Shown: positions 24,956 to 39,523 of the stretch, one piece after another
How the letters are laid out: the number at the start of each line of letters is the position of its first letter
How positions within the stretch are numbered: the first letter of the stretch is position 1
Assembly (NCBI RefSeq): GCF_026571515.1
Contig: NW_026853829.1
Span: forward strand, 248,001 to 312,000
Origin: Ruditapes philippinarum
Lineage: Eukaryota
Length of the DNA: 64,000 nt
Reading direction: 5' to 3'
The notes under the pieces: generated by a model
What the model was told of the DNA's origin: nothing
Database searches by the model: none
What the model saw: the letters and a program-made list of their open reading frames with translations, nothing else
Translations under genes and position numbers: made by a program

Positions 24956-25938
24956 ATTTGTTTTTTTTAAATTTATCTGATAAAATGACGGGTTCATTAT
25001 CCATGGAGGTTAGACCTCATCCAATTAAAATTGTGGGACGTCCGTGGCCGAGTCATTAAGGTCGTTAACTTTTAACCGCTTGACACTGACTGCTGTCGTT
25101 TGGATTTCTTCAAATTCCTTCGAGCTAAAAAATGTGAACATTTTTTATCAATAAGATGGGGATGTATTATATTTCACTTAAATAAACACTGAATTTTTTA
25201 AACATAAACATGGTGATTCAGTATTTTTTTATCAGATAGGGTCATAAAATTTCGTCAAGTTTACACTTGCCGAATTTGTATAAAGTAGATATTACTAGGG
25301 GTGACCTGACCCTGATTTGATTCATCGATCTCCATTAAAACAAACAATAAAGAAAAAAGGTAAATTAAAAATAAAGAAACACACGCACACACACAAATTG
25401 AAGGGTCACGTCCAAATAATGGACGGCAACCCATTCTGTCCGTGGTTTCGTTGATCAATGACGGTTGCGTTCGAGATGGTATCCGGATGTACTTTTCTGT
25501 TAAAGGGTTGTTTCAGTTTCTACAAAACAGGTACGCTGCAACATGAAAGAAATCAATTTGGTGTCGCCTAAAACATCATTGTAATTTCTTAGCACCATAC
25601 ATGTTTTTTTTAATAAAGGCTCAATATTAAATTCATGTCTGAGAAAAAAAATGTTTGACTGAGAAACAGTGCAGACTCGGTCTAGTTGAGCCTATTTTTG
25701 AGAAACAATGAATGATCAATGTGTATTAATCCCCTAATCCCCAGCTGAAGTTTTACCCAATCCTCTGCATTATAACAATAGAATCAATGATCCCAAATAA
25801 TCAATATTAAAATATATTTAAAAAAACAGTGAAATAAAGAACACGACAACTGCTTGTTGATTATACTTATATAGAAACTTTCGCAAAGTATGTGCCAGTT
25901 GTTCAAGGGTACCACTTAGATGTACACACTTATATATA

Positions 25939-26220
25939 CTGAAACAAAAAAGAAACTTTCTCCAAGTTTGAATGTATATAAGTGTGTACATCTAAGTGGT
26001 ACCCATGAACATCTGGCACATACTTTGCGAAAGTTTCTTTTTTGGTTAAGTATACATGTAGTAGCTTGTAAAACTAGTTTTGTTTGCAAAATCGGTCAGC
26101 TAATCCCCGTATAAAAGCCCGATATGTTTATTCAACGTAAAAATCGAGTTTCAAAAGGATTGAAAAACTGTACTAACATATCTACATTCAAACTTGGAGA
26201 ATGTTTTTTTTTTGTTTCAG
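25939..26220. mobile_element. 282-bp Tc1/mariner-type MITE
   Basis: TIR CTGAAACAAAAAAGAAACTTTCTCCAAGTTTGAATGTA and its reverse complement ending ...TTTGTTTCAG; TA on both flanks. Confidence 0.8.
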
Positions 26221-28228
26221 TATACGTAATCATAAAATTCTAGTAAAAAAAGATCATTTGAGAGAAAGGGCAAAAAAAAAATAAAACGCTATCAACTGCA
26301 GATTCGATTTGAGAGCAGTTTAGTACATTGTATATGCAATAACAAATGCCATTCAAGCATTCATTAATATCTGAACAAATATGCACTTCTTCAGTCAGAA
26401 AAATAATATAAAAATAATAATATACTTTATAATTACCCTTAAATGAGATTTGCAAAGTGACACTAATCACCTTAATTCAGGACTTAGAAAGTAAAGTGTT
26501 AACGAATGCTCGTATGTTTACACAATATTTTTAATGCCGACAATCAAACAAGGTTCTTTTCTTGGATGAAAATAAAACTTCCTATATCTAAAATATATAA
26601 AGTGACAACTTAGTTCTCTTTTGTCATTCCCTAACAACACCATATTTAAACATTAAACTTTTGTCTGATCAATAAACAAACACGAGGATAATCTATTGTA
26701 GTGTAATTATATATATAAAACATATATGGTAGCCTAAAATAGATGAAATGATAGTTTAAACAGTATTTGTGTCACTTTTCACGGGAAAATAAAATCTTTA
26801 TTCGTCTATATTTGATTATAAATATATAATAACTATTATTTGTGTAAGACAGTTTTGACGAGATGCAATTTCTGCGAATGCCTTTTCTGTACTGGTGTTT
26901 AGAGATAGGAATTTTTCTAATGGAAGCAATACCAATATATCAACGCAAAAAAGTAAAGTTGCAAAAATAAATAATTTAAGTTGCGAAATTTACCGAAACA
27001 TACAATTTTAGTAAGGATTTTAAAAAGCGCTTCCATTAATCAGTATATCAAGCATATCACATGACAGTTTGAGCACGTGAGACGGTTCGACAAAATGGCA
27101 AACGTACAGTTGTAAACAAAAATGTACAAATGTAGTGCGAATTATTTATTTATTAAGCTCGTTTCACCCAAGAAAACTGATTACTGTGCGACCAAAAATA
27201 TTTTAAAACATGGTTGGAAAAATTCGCGTGCTTTTGTTACAATATTGTCTTTGGTTTGTAATTACTCATTGGAATCTATTCTTCTTGATTCTTGGTTTGC
27301 AGGCACTGTCTCGATAATATTAATCCAATCTTTCATTATGTTAAATTTTTAAATACAAAAATCTGAAATAACAAAAGAAGAACCTACACATCGTTCATTA
27401 CAAAAGCATATCATTTAGTACTTCGACAATAATAACTCAAGACTACCACAAATAACTATAAGTAAAAAATCAAAGAAAACAAGGACACTACTTATATCAA
27501 ATGTCTGTAGATGAAGTAGATCGCCTGTCAGATTAATAAAGGGGAGATCACTGCGTAGAGATTGACACGCGTACTAGTGGCAGCATTACACTATAGGGGC
27601 GCAAAAGGAAAACCGTTCCTATTTTGGATGATGTGATCAATTAAATATTTTATATGTGTAGATTATAACTATTTTTTGAACACGATGAATAAAAGAATAT
27701 AATTCTCGCCAGAGACTCGCATAATATGCTCATTCAATATCCTCTATGTATAATCCGTAAATATATAAGTGACAATAAGTAAATTGGAAACATATGTACA
27801 CATATGTTCACCAATAATATTTATGAACGACAACCACGGATATTCATGGCGACATAGTAAAAACATTTGGCAAGAATCCTCCTAATATATTGTAATAAAG
27901 TTGATTGTTTAAACGGGGGAAGGATTACACGTTGAATCACAGACGTTTACTTCAGGAATAATTCAGCTAAAGAATTTTAAAATGATTTAAAATAGACGTG
28001 TTGGTATCGGCAGACATGCATTCATACTGATTTTACTAACATTCTTTGAATGAGATATGGGTTCCGAAAATGAACAAAAATCCTTTCAAAGCTGACGCAC
28101 GTCTTTACCCATTTTTCCTTTTTTGAAAGTGAACAAACATTGTGCTTTTTTAAATAGACTATGACAAAAGTAAGGCCGAGTATACAACTTATTAATAAAT
28201 AAATAAAAAATAATAATAAATAAATATG

Positions 28229-28841
28229 AAACAAGCATTGCTTAGTAAGTTAACGATGTCCAAGATAAATTGATGACTGATGACATCTCCTTAGTGTTCA
28301 ACTAGCAGGGCAATGATTTTTTTATGTGTTTTAGTGTCGGGATATTGGCCATCATCGTTTTATGCCAAGTAATTCTAAATGCTTCGATGCATGACATAGT
28401 TACAGCCCGGACACGATTGTGTGTACTATTGTGATAATGTGAAACTTCAAAATGTTAGTGTGACCTTGACCTTTGAGGTAGGGACGTAATTCTAAGACGC
28501 GACACATTGTCTTGGTTCGGTAGACATTTATGCCTAATTATTTTAAAATCATTTAATGCATGACAAAGTAACAGTCCGGAAACGAATGTGTGTACCTATT
28601 TACTCTAATTGCAATAACGTAAAACTTCATAATGACAGTGTGACCTTGACCTTTGAGGAAGGGACGTGGTTCTTGGACGCGACACATCGTCTTGATGTGC
28701 TAGACATTTGTGCCAAGTTATTTTAAAATCCCTCAATGTATGACAAAGTTACAGTCCGGACACGATGAAGTGGGGACGCACAGGCGGACAGACGAACGGT
28801 GCAATTTTAATATGCAATATGCCTCCCTTTGGAGGCATAAA
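28229..28841 (+). mobile_element. HINE-type element with ~180-bp tandem units
   Basis: AAACAAG start, GTGACCTTGACCTTTGAGG at 28460 and 28640, GGAC/AGAC tract and terminal hairpin ATGCCTCCCTTTGGAGGCAT. Confidence 0.75.
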
Positions 28842-31296
28842 GATGGATGGCACAGTTATAAAACTGGCAATATCATGTACTTTGTATTGATAAGTTAGTG
28901 TGAAAATTATGAATCCATTAGTCTAGATAGAACTTAAGGTATATCCAACATGCCGGTTTAGTTTAAACCATATTTATATTCAAAGTGCTGAATAGGGCAA
29001 TGACTTAGAAAAAATGGAAGCAATAGTTATGTTACTTGTCCAGATCATGGGTTAGTGTGTAAACTATGAAGCCATTGGCACAGGTGGAACTTAAGAAAAG
29101 TCTAACCTGATTTTTAGGTTAACCTCCTATGGGCCGACGGTTCAATTACAATGCGCCCGGTGGAATAAAAAAGGTTTTATACCATGTTAATAAGCATAAG
29201 AAAATAACCAGAGAAACAAATGTTCACATATTTTTCTCAATGTCTAAAATTTAGACCACTCTAGCCAAGCACTATTTATGTTTGTTTCCTTTTATGCTAT
29301 GTTTGACTGTTGATTATTATCATAAACTATATACATAAAACAATAAAATGTAAATATTTGAAAATGAATGTCCAAATTGTGTGAAAGAGATTTCGACAAG
29401 AGCATTATTTGTATCGGCTCAGGATAAATCAATACCTTCACATTTGAAATAAATTTAATGAGAAGATAATAAGCACTTTTACATATCATGTATGTCTGAA
29501 CTTCCTACAAGGAAACCATTTATCACGCTCAGCTTTAAATTGATAAAATAACAGCTAAACATTTTAAAGGATTTTTGAATGAGGGAACCGAATACAACAT
29601 AGTCATTTTACGTTGTAACCAAACATCTTTATAAAAATCAAACCATGTCTTAAAATGAAAAGCTCCCATAATCGATGAAAGTGTCTTCACTTGTATGAAT
29701 CTTTTATATATATATATTTTGGAATTTGATCAATTGTAACAGTGTTTTGCGTGAGAAGAATGAAAACTTTCTATTAACATTATTCTGCTTTCAAATTCAT
29801 AATGCTGTAATGGACAAACTTTCGATGAATTCGTTATATATATAAATCTAATTATCAAGTTCTATTATTGTTATACAGATATATTGTATGTATGTTTTGA
29901 ACTGCAATATTAAAATAATGGTGACTAAGACATTTAGATGTTTACTTCTGATACAAAGTTCTCACTTGAAACACTTGGGAATAAATAGTCTTAATTTTAC
30001 AAAGGAGTGTTGGAACAACTAAATGTACTACAAGCTATGCAGAACATCACACATGGTAACTCGCGGGTGTAGAAAATCTAAGTAAATTCTAACAACAGAG
30101 ACGCAATGTTAACGCAAATGAATAATTAAACACAGTCTTGTTTTAATCAATCACGTACAACACGAGGACGATCATAAAACACAATGTTCCTTATGTAATG
30201 CATTTCTCACTAATTAGACAGCACATTTAGTTAACTTTTCGGGAATGTAAATAGGAGAAAGTATCTATTCAAGACACAATTGTCATTTCAGTAACAGCAA
30301 TATTAATAAAAACGTGACCCTATGGCAAGAGACAAGGTCAAATATGGAGGTCAAAATTGCCTTTTGAGACATTCCAACGCGTGTGGAAAAATATTTTAAG
30401 TTAATATAATATAAATAAACAAAATCTGAAATAAAATCTCAAAATGAATAAATAAATAATTACATGAACTGGAACGGAATGTACTGCTTACCATTTAACA
30501 TTAACAAAGCAGGCTTCAGTATAGATTATTGCACCAGACTATGGGAACCATCTCATTATTAAAGATTAATTTAAGAACGATGAGAAGTGTTCTTTTTGCA
30601 ATGTCGACTATATGACATTTATTTTGGGAATTTGGGAATGTGACATAGTTCAATCATTTATAAGGAGCGTGCATATTTGGTTAATATTCTGAATTCCAAC
30701 TCTTACGTTATGTAAACAAAAATGTCCTTTTCGGCCGCCCTCAACACCCAGTCCCAGTTAATTATATCTTATGTTTACTTACACATAATATTTATACTTT
30801 GTACATGCAAAGTTGTTCTAGTCTGCCAAACATAGACGCGTGTAAAAATAAAACAAAAAAATGTTTTAAAAACAGAATCAATAAATGCCTCAAAGATGTT
30901 TCAGTTTGAGACCTTCCAACGCGTACAGGCGTATGGAAAGATTGTTGTTCGATATTAATGAAATACTCTCCTGCGCATCGGCCGAATGTTTCACTATCGT
31001 TTTCTTTCTTACGTAACGTTAGTGTATTCACTAAGCTGCTAAGGGAGTTTATTAATGAAAGTGCCGAGCATCTTGGATAACTTTGTAAACACTTAATATC
31101 CTAATATCTTAATTAATCTTTAAGTAGTTTTAACGTTTTTGAAGAGACACACTTCCCTTTTTAACAGCAATATGAAAAAGAGTGAGGTGCCTTTTATATT
31201 ACATTGTGTATAGTATTGCTACGTTTAACTTCTCTGTTACTCTCTTTTATCACTGTATACATAAATATTGAAATGTTAATTATTGCTGCAGTGTAC

Positions 31297-32163
31297 ACAA
31301 GAGCGATCAGTATTCACATGTGTCGCCTCATGATGGCCAATTTCATGTTGGGACAAATTTTGTGACAGACGGACAGACAGACGGACAGTGCACAACTAAA
31401 CTTGGTACTGATAATTCCTGTAAAGTTTGGATAAAATTGCACCTGTAGTTTATGAGGAGTAGTCCGGACAAGCTTTTGCGTATCTGGCAACACAAAGAAA
31501 AAAACACCTTTTTATCAAAGGGCCATAACTCGGCCAAAAATCATTCAACCGGAAAACCCGTGCAATATGCGCAAGGACTTGAGCTACAGATCAATCCTGT
31601 AAAGTTACATTGAAATTGCATTAGTGGTATAAGAGAAGTAGTCCGGACAAACTTTAAAATTAAAAATTATTAAAGGGCCATAACTCTGACAAAAATCATT
31701 GAACCGGAAAATGCTGACAATATGCACAACTAGACCTGGTACTGATCATTCCTGTAAAGTTTGGATGAAATTGCACCAGTAGTTTATGAGCAGTAGTCCC
31801 GACAAGCTTTTGTGTATCTGGCAACACACAGAAAAAAACACCTTTTTGTCAAAGGGCCATAACTCGGCCAAAAATCATTCAACCGGAAAACCCATGCAAT
31901 ATGCACAAGGACTTGAGCTACAGATCAATCCTGTAAAGTTTCATTGAAATTGCATTAGTGGTATAAGAGAAGTAGTCCGGACAAACTTTAAAATTAAATT
32001 TAATTAAAGGGCCATAACTCTGACAAAAATCATTGAACCGGAAAATGCTGACAATATGCACAACTAGACTTGGTACTGATAATTCCTGTAAAGTTTGGAT
32101 GAAATTGCACCAGTAGTTTATGAGCAGTAGTCCGGACAAGTTTTGTGACGGACGGACGGACAG

Positions 32164-32195
<32 letters not shown>

Positions 32196-32202
32196 GAAGT
32201 GA
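31297..32202 (+). mobile_element. HINE-type element with alternating 155/179-bp core units
   Basis: Subterminal TGTGTCGCCT vs AGGCGACACA, GACG/GACA microsatellite at 32147-32194, and AAAGGGCCATAACTC anchors at 31517, 31672, 31851 and 32006. Confidence 0.85.
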
Positions 32203-33175
32203 TCCCTATATGTCGCCACTACTCCGTAGAGGCGACACAAAAATGAAATAAACAGAGGTCATTCATTTCTCCACAATTGTATAACTAAAATGCTATGGCT
32301 CTTCAGAATGTCGCCCGGGATCTAACCGGTAGGGAAGTTTGGTTTGCTGGGTCGTGTGGGAGTTGCGTTCATTGAACGCCGTCGTTCCTTGTTGATCTTG
32401 TTTATCATATTGTATTGCTTGCAATACTTTGTTATATGGGCATATATTTAAATAAAACAAAAAATACCTGTTTGCTTACCAAAATTTATTTTATGTCTAT
32501 TTGAATAACATTTAATGCTAAATAACATGAAATATTGAATATTGTATTTGATATACTAATATCTAGATATCAAAACTTCCACTATATATTACTAAAATTT
32601 GAAGCAAATAAGGTAAGAAATCAAGTTACAGAAGCTCGCAAAATCTCTGTATTAAATTGTAAAAAGTAATACTTAGCAAATCTATATTTGCACGCAAATA
32701 TAACAGAAATTTGTTGGATAACAGTGTTTTTAACGATCAAAACAATGGATTAGAGACTGTTAGGTACTTTCTGCCTTTTTAAAGTAGGCTGATTGTGAAA
32801 TAACTACCCATACATGTGGAATATAAAAAATAGCAGTTTGAATTCCATACAAAATACTATATCTGTACTAATACATATGTTATTTAGCCAATAAAACTAT
32901 AAAGAACACCAAAACTAACAAGCTTTTGAGAAATAAACATAAAAAGTATTTCTGGGACATAACGCCATCTTAGTACAGTAACGGTCTTACTAAAAAAGAT
33001 AATAGAGTTAACCCGCTACTGTTCCGAGGTGATGATTTGGTCTTTAAACATTTTAATCGATTAAATGAATACGCTTGTTTTATATTTATTCAAACAGCTA
33101 CACCCCGTGTAAGATGACAAATATTACATTTTTGTTTTATTTTTAATTCCCATTTAAATCTACATCATATTTTAT

Positions 33176-34469
33176 TTAGACAGTAATGACACTAGTGCCT
33201 AGTCCTTGCTGAAGAAGAAATCCGCTGAAAGTTGAATAAATATAAGGATCACCAAATAACTCGCTTTTGACTATAAGATTTTGGACAGCCACAACATCCC
33301 CTTGTTGAATCTGAATGACTAATGTTTGACTTCCTTGATCATACCTACCATCCGTACTACGTGCATAAGCAGATGCCTTGATCAGTCCATTTACTACCAA
33401 TTCACCAAACACTTCCTGATTTCGATCAACAAAGATTGAAGTGTGAAAAACATAGAGACCTGATACCGGTGCAGTAAAAACGCCTTCATGAGGATTATAG
33501 CCATTTCCAATATTTGTTTCTACGTGGTCAAATGGTATGTTCTGGTGAGCTCCTAAATTGTCCACACTCTTACTAAGACCAGCGGTAAACGCAACAGTTA
33601 ATTCATTATCCTTCGTCTGCTGAATTCTGTTGACTGAAAACATAAATAAATGTAGATTTCTTATCATATTGAAACAAAAACCGTATTTCTTAAGTTGAGT
33701 TCGCAGTCTTTCGGTCAATTGGAGATTAAACATTTACATTTTCAAAATTGCCGATTTGTGCGTTCTATAGGGTTGTGCTAGCGGGAGTGGAGGGTAACTT
33801 GCACATTCCTGTACAGTCTATGTCTAGGCTCAATGAAACCGAGCCTGCAACATTATCAATTTTGCCATTTTGGACTTTCTTTAGGAAGTCCTTTCCTCTC
33901 TATTTTTTAATTCTGCTCATAATGATAAAAATGTTGATCATAATTAACTGAACCAGCAGGTATAATACTATGTTTATTATTTAGATAACATTTGTATAAT
34001 TAGGATAACAAAAGTCAAAGTCTATTCATACACCCAAAAGCATGACAAAAGGTGTCATGTCTCTTCAAATAATTAAATCGAATATCATACCTGGTGTTTC
34101 TTCAGTCATCTGTTTTGTTTTATCAAGGACACTTTTCTGTGACATTTCCATATGTTTTACACGTCGAATCAGTTGTAGGATAAAACGATCTTGATGATTT
34201 CTTTTCTTGCGCAAGGCAGCTATCTCATCCTTTTGATTCAGCAGTTGTTCATTGAGGAGACCTATTTGTTTTTTGTGATATCGCTGAAATTCGTTAAGCA
34301 TTTGCATTTGTTGTTTACTGAAATCCTCAAGGTCATCAACGCGTTTAAGAAGTTCCCGAACGTTAAAATCATCCGGAGTTAGTTTTGTGTTGACCGATGA
34401 AAGGTTAATAAAGTCTGCCACCAATGAAGCAAAATTCAAGATTAAACAAAAGTACTGTAAAGGAGACAT
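33176..34469 (-). CDS. C1q-domain-containing protein 3, exons 34469-34091 and 33633-33176, 278 aa
   Basis: N-terminal hydrophobic segment, coiled coil homologous to the paralogs (LLKRVDDLE...QKDE...RFILQLIRR), phase-1 GT-AG intron and full gC1q; spliced length 837 nt. Confidence 0.92.
33768..33904 (+). repeat. Decayed family A 3' fragment inside the C1qDC-3 intron
   Basis: GTGCTAGCGGGAGTGG...AGGCTCAATGAAACCGAGCCTGCAAC...CTCTCTATT. Confidence 0.75.
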
Positions 34470-35089
34470 ATCAAAGTTCTAATTGCAAATACTGTAATAT
34501 TTCTTATCTTAAGACGTGACGTCACGTTTTATTTAAAATAGTGCATACATGTTATAGGCATAAAGCAGTGTATTCATATAATTGCACACATGTAGCTATA
34601 AAAGGAACGCGTGATAAAAAGGCCAACATATAGTCAAATAAACTAAATACTGAATTAACACGGCAATATCATAACTAACATGAACTTCTGTTTATACAAA
34701 AATGACTTTCATATGCATTTTGCAAATTATTGTTTTAATAGATCCATCTTTTCTAACGTATACAGCTTTATCATGTGTGGTGTGCGCTATGAATTGGCTT
34801 TAATTACACAAAAGGTGAGTAATATCCCCAGCCGCCACTTTGACTTTTCGAAAAGAAAGGCTAAGGCAAATATTGAACTCGTCATATCTTTTATGATGTT
34901 TCATAAATGTACCAAATAATAATTACAATTAATTGCCTTGTTAAGAGCATTATCTTCTTTTATCGCATTATCTTTGTAAAAAACAGATTTCGAGGTAAAA
35001 AAAGTGAGATAAATTTGTAGAAAAAAGTTAGCCAAATTTGAGTCAAATCTGTAACTGATTGGGTAAAATATTTGATATTGTTTAATCCT

Positions 35090-35470
35090 CTTTTAAAGCT
35101 GAAATTCACGGGATTGTACAAGAGGCAGTCAAATCGTCTTTTTCATTAATCTTAGATGGTGTTCTTAACGGTCTGGAAACTAGAATAATGTCATTAAAAA
35201 ACGAAAATAGTTGTCTCAAAAGTGAAAACGATAATTGTAAAAAAGCTGTTAAGTAACTTGAGTTATCTGCTGATTCAGCCGAACGTACAGCAGAAGAAAT
35301 AATGTCCGATTTTCCGGATGTCCAGAAACAACCGATGAGAAAACAGCTCAGATTGTCCTGGATATATGTAAAAGTATTGGTGTCGACATAATATCAATGA
35401 TATTGACATTACCCACAGAACGGGAAAGCGTAGCAGTTCAGTAAAAACACACACCTATTATTGTAAAATT
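35090..35470 (+). pseudogene. LINE ORF1 remnant (coiled coil + RRM-type)
   Basis: Frameshifted LETRIMSLKNEN...YSRRNNVRFSGCPE...IVLDICKSIGVDI..DIDITHRTG...PIIVK, the usual non-LTR ORF1 motif order. Confidence 0.75.
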
Positions 35471-37428
35471 AAACTAAATCAAATTAATTAAAATTACATC
35501 TTCTCGGGAAAAACATTTCCCATCCTTATCGACTTATTGATGTACATTGATTTTATCCAGATCTTTAGTAAAACGCATTTTAGTAGATATGATTAACATC
35601 AAGTTTCCTGAATATTTACATCAGTTACATTAATCATGGTCCTATGGTAAAAACGTTTGACTCCAATTGAGTCATAGACATACTTATGTATTTTATACCA
35701 TTAGCAATGGATCCTGTTAGAACAATGTAAGCCAACATGGCTCTTTTTGTTGAAAGTTGCCATCTATTTATAAGGTTTGACAAGTATGTACATACAAGTT
35801 GTCTGATATGGCGGGTCTATGATATTGGTAGCTCATAAAATCTTTATTGTTTATCCATTGACATGTTGAATTACTTAAATGGTTTCTCCTAAAATCACTC
35901 TTGTGTCCTGTACCATTTCATTGTCTTCTGTGTGACCTGCTGGTATGGCTGGATTATGTCAGGGGGTTGCGTTATTTAACCTTTGCTTTTTTGATCATTG
36001 TTTTCATTTCTTTCTTTTTAAGAACTGCCCATTATCAGTTGAAGATGTATAGACGAAAATTGAAGGTTAGTCAGACAACAGTAATTTAAAAATATAACCT
36101 GGTCAGATTGCACAGGTGGTAAAGTCTAATCATTTTGGTTCGGACGGTTTAAGGGTTATAAGGCTTGCATTATTTCCAAACTTGTCATTTTGGGCTATGC
36201 TTTAGGGATTCTAATTTTCTCTTATTGGAGAGGTCATCAGACCTGTCCACAATGTTCAGACTGATTGCTGGCGGCATCCATTTTTGCGTATCTGATTGTA
36301 GTGAATGAATCTCATTTAAAGCGTAAAATCATTAGGAGCGGTCTACAAAAATGGTTTTGCGCATGCTTCGTTTCCAAATACGACTTAACTTGAACGAAAA
36401 ATTAACATCGAAGTGAACAAATTGGTACATAGAAAACTCGGAAAATGTCATTTACGTTACTTAGCGCTACGTCGATGTTTCGTTCCGTTTTAATGTTTTA
36501 AACCGTAAAAGTCGATTACCGTTACGGTATTGTTTTCTGAATGGCGTTTTAATAGTTCATGTTCCGATAAATAGTGACAGTGAACATTATAGCAACAATA
36601 ACACCATGCTCTAATATATGACCGAGTAAACTGTGGACCGAAAGTTTACTGCTCCTAAATCTTTTGAACCGGTATGACTAAATAACGCAACAGTGATCTT
36701 TTGGCGCAAATGGCACAAATTTTACTAAAGTTTGATTTTCGTCAAATATTGTGGTTGGAGGCATGCAGCTTTATATACTGTTTATTCTAATCAAATGCTA
36801 TAAACATTTTTTTTATGTAAATCCTGGTCTTAAAATTGTTTGATTAACATACTTTATGCTCGTTTTGGAAAATGTAGAGGAAATGTTTCCATATACTTAC
36901 CAAAACATAAACCGAAAATTTGCTTATTGAATTTTACAAGAAACTTTTTGATAATACTTTTAATATATTTAATTTATTTTAAATCTAGTTCCCTTTGTAG
37001 AAAAACTATCCCTTATGCGCCAAGAAAAAGCCAATTTCTCTGGCATATTATCTTTCAAAACAGTTTAAAACAAACTTTCATTATGATACTATATTCAATA
37101 TATGTACTGTGCCTCTCTTAGTTCACGGTATTTAACGCTTTGAAATTGGAAAGAAAACAACAAATGAAACTTATGGTACAAAATTGTCATAATCTATAAC
37201 ATAAAGGTATTTTCTGCAGTATGGCGCAAGGAAACAAGAATATATTCAGTCAAAGTCAATTCTAATGCATATGTCGGCCATTTTGAAAACAGTATGTCAT
37301 CATTTAAATCGCAGCAATGGTGTTAATTTCAGTTTTTTCATGTTTCAGTTAAAATTTCTACATTTGTTCTGCTTGATTTTAAATATTAAAATTATCCTTA
37401 CTTTGTAACTCAAAATTTATATTTTTAT

Positions 37429-39523
37429 ATACGAGAACTCTCAACTGAACTCAGCGGCCCTCTTTACTCTCTTTTCAACTACTCTCTCCAAATGTGTCAA
37501 GTTCCTGATGCTTGGAAAGAAGCAAACGTCTCTCCACTTTTCAAATCCGGTGATCCATCTCTAGTAAATAACTACCGTCCCTCTTATTAGCACTATCAAT
37601 AAAGTTTTTGAAAGAATCATATTTAAACATACATACAATTTCCTTCATTCTAATAATATTCTTACCCCATTACAATCAGGTTTTGTTCCTGGTGACTCTA
37701 CAATAAATCAATTGACTTACATATACAATTTATTTGCTCAAGCCATTGATTTTGGAAACGAGGTAAGAACAGTTTTCTGTGACATCAGGAAAGCGTTTGA
37801 TCGTGTATGGCATAAGGGCCTTATCTATAAACTTAATAACATTGGAATTTCCGGTCGTCTTTTACTCTGGTTTACTTCCTATCTTGATAACATAAAACAA
37901 AGAGTTGTTCTTAAAGGTTGTACATCTTCTGATAATTATATAAAGGCTGGTGTCCCTCAAGGATCTATACTTGGGCCACTTCTTTTTCTAATATATATAA
38001 ATGACATTGTTCTTGATATCAAAGCAAACATCAGACTTTTCGCTGATGATACTAGTCTATTCATTATTGTTGAAGATCCGCTATCAGCTTCCAATATTCT
38101 AAATACAGACTTGCAAACAATAGACAGATGGTCAAAAAAATGGTTAGTCAAATTTAATCCTTCAAAATCTGAATCAATGTTAATATCCCGTAAAACAAGA
38201 CAAGTAATTCATCCGTCCATTATTATGCAGGGTCAACCAATAAATAAAATAAATAATCATAAACACCTAGGTATAATTCTTTCAAATGATCTTCGCTTGT
38301 CGGCACATCTTGATTACACTAAAACTAAAGCCCGGAAAAGAATAAATATAATGAAAAAACTTAAATTTACACTTGACCGGAAGTCTCTTGAGACCATTTA
38401 CCTTTCATTTATTAGACCTATCCTTGAATACGCTGATGTCTTATTTGATAACTGTACCAAATTAGAAAAAAACGGAACTAGAACAAATTCAACATGAAGC
38501 TGCAAGGATAGTGACAGGAACAACCAAACTCGTCTCTATTGACTACTTATGTCTGAAATTGGCTGGGAAACTTTAGAAAAAAAAGAGATACAATCATAAA
38601 CTTATCTTATTTTACAAAATGAAAAATAATCTCATTCCAGACTATCTCTCTGATCTTGTCCTTTCTTCTGTTGGCTCCGAACATCGATATCCCTTAAGGA
38701 ATGCCCAAGATATACAGACCATCCGATCACGCACAGATTTTTACTATAAATCCTTTCTACCATCTGTAATAAGAGACTACGCTTGCCGCTTTTAAGCGCA
38801 GTCTTAAAAGTGAAGTATCAAATATACCGAACTTCTTTTACTATGGTGAGCGAAGAGACCAAATAATGCATACCAGACTTAGAACCAATTGTAGCTCTCT
38901 TGCATCTGATTTATTTGATAAGAATATTGCCGAGTCTCCATTGTGTGATTGTGGGGTGGTTGAAAATTCCTATCATTTTTTCTTTATTTGTCCAAAATAT
39001 GTACATCTACGTCCCAATCTACTAAACGCTCTTTCCAACTTTTGCACTCCAACTTTGCATGTTATTCTTTATGGAGACCCTGCTTTACCTGCGGACTCCA
39101 ACACTGCTATCTTCGCCGCTGTTCATAAATTTATAAGAGATACTAAAAGATTCTAACATGTAATATACTAGTTGTCATATAACATAGTGTTCACACAAGT
39201 TGTTTTCCATACATGATGTTCGTACCAAAACGACAAATGATTTAGAAACATCCGCAAACTCCTCTTTTCTCCATCTTTCTCTTTATTATTTTCTATCAAT
39301 TGCATACATGTATTTGTATTTTTTTTATTTTTTCTTCATTTTCTTTCTTTATAGGGTTTAATTAAAATTATAATAAGCCATGTATTATATGAACATATTG
39401 CTTTTGTTAAAGGAGAGGACTACCATGAGCTATTGTAGCTCTCGGTCCAATTCCTTTCTGCTTAAATTGTAAATTATTAACATGTATATATTACCTTGAA
39501 TAAAAATATGTTTAAACCAAAAA
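37429..39523 (+). mobile_element. 5'-truncated CR1-group LINE (RT, C-terminal CCHC region, 3' UTR)
   Basis: ORF 37712-38497 has DIRKAFDRVWH, GVPQGSILGPLLFLIYIND and LFADD. ORF 38866-39156 has CDCG..ENSYHFFFICP. Several frameshifts. The 3' end is a stem-loop followed by AATAAAAATATGTTTAAACCAAAAA. Confidence 0.92.
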
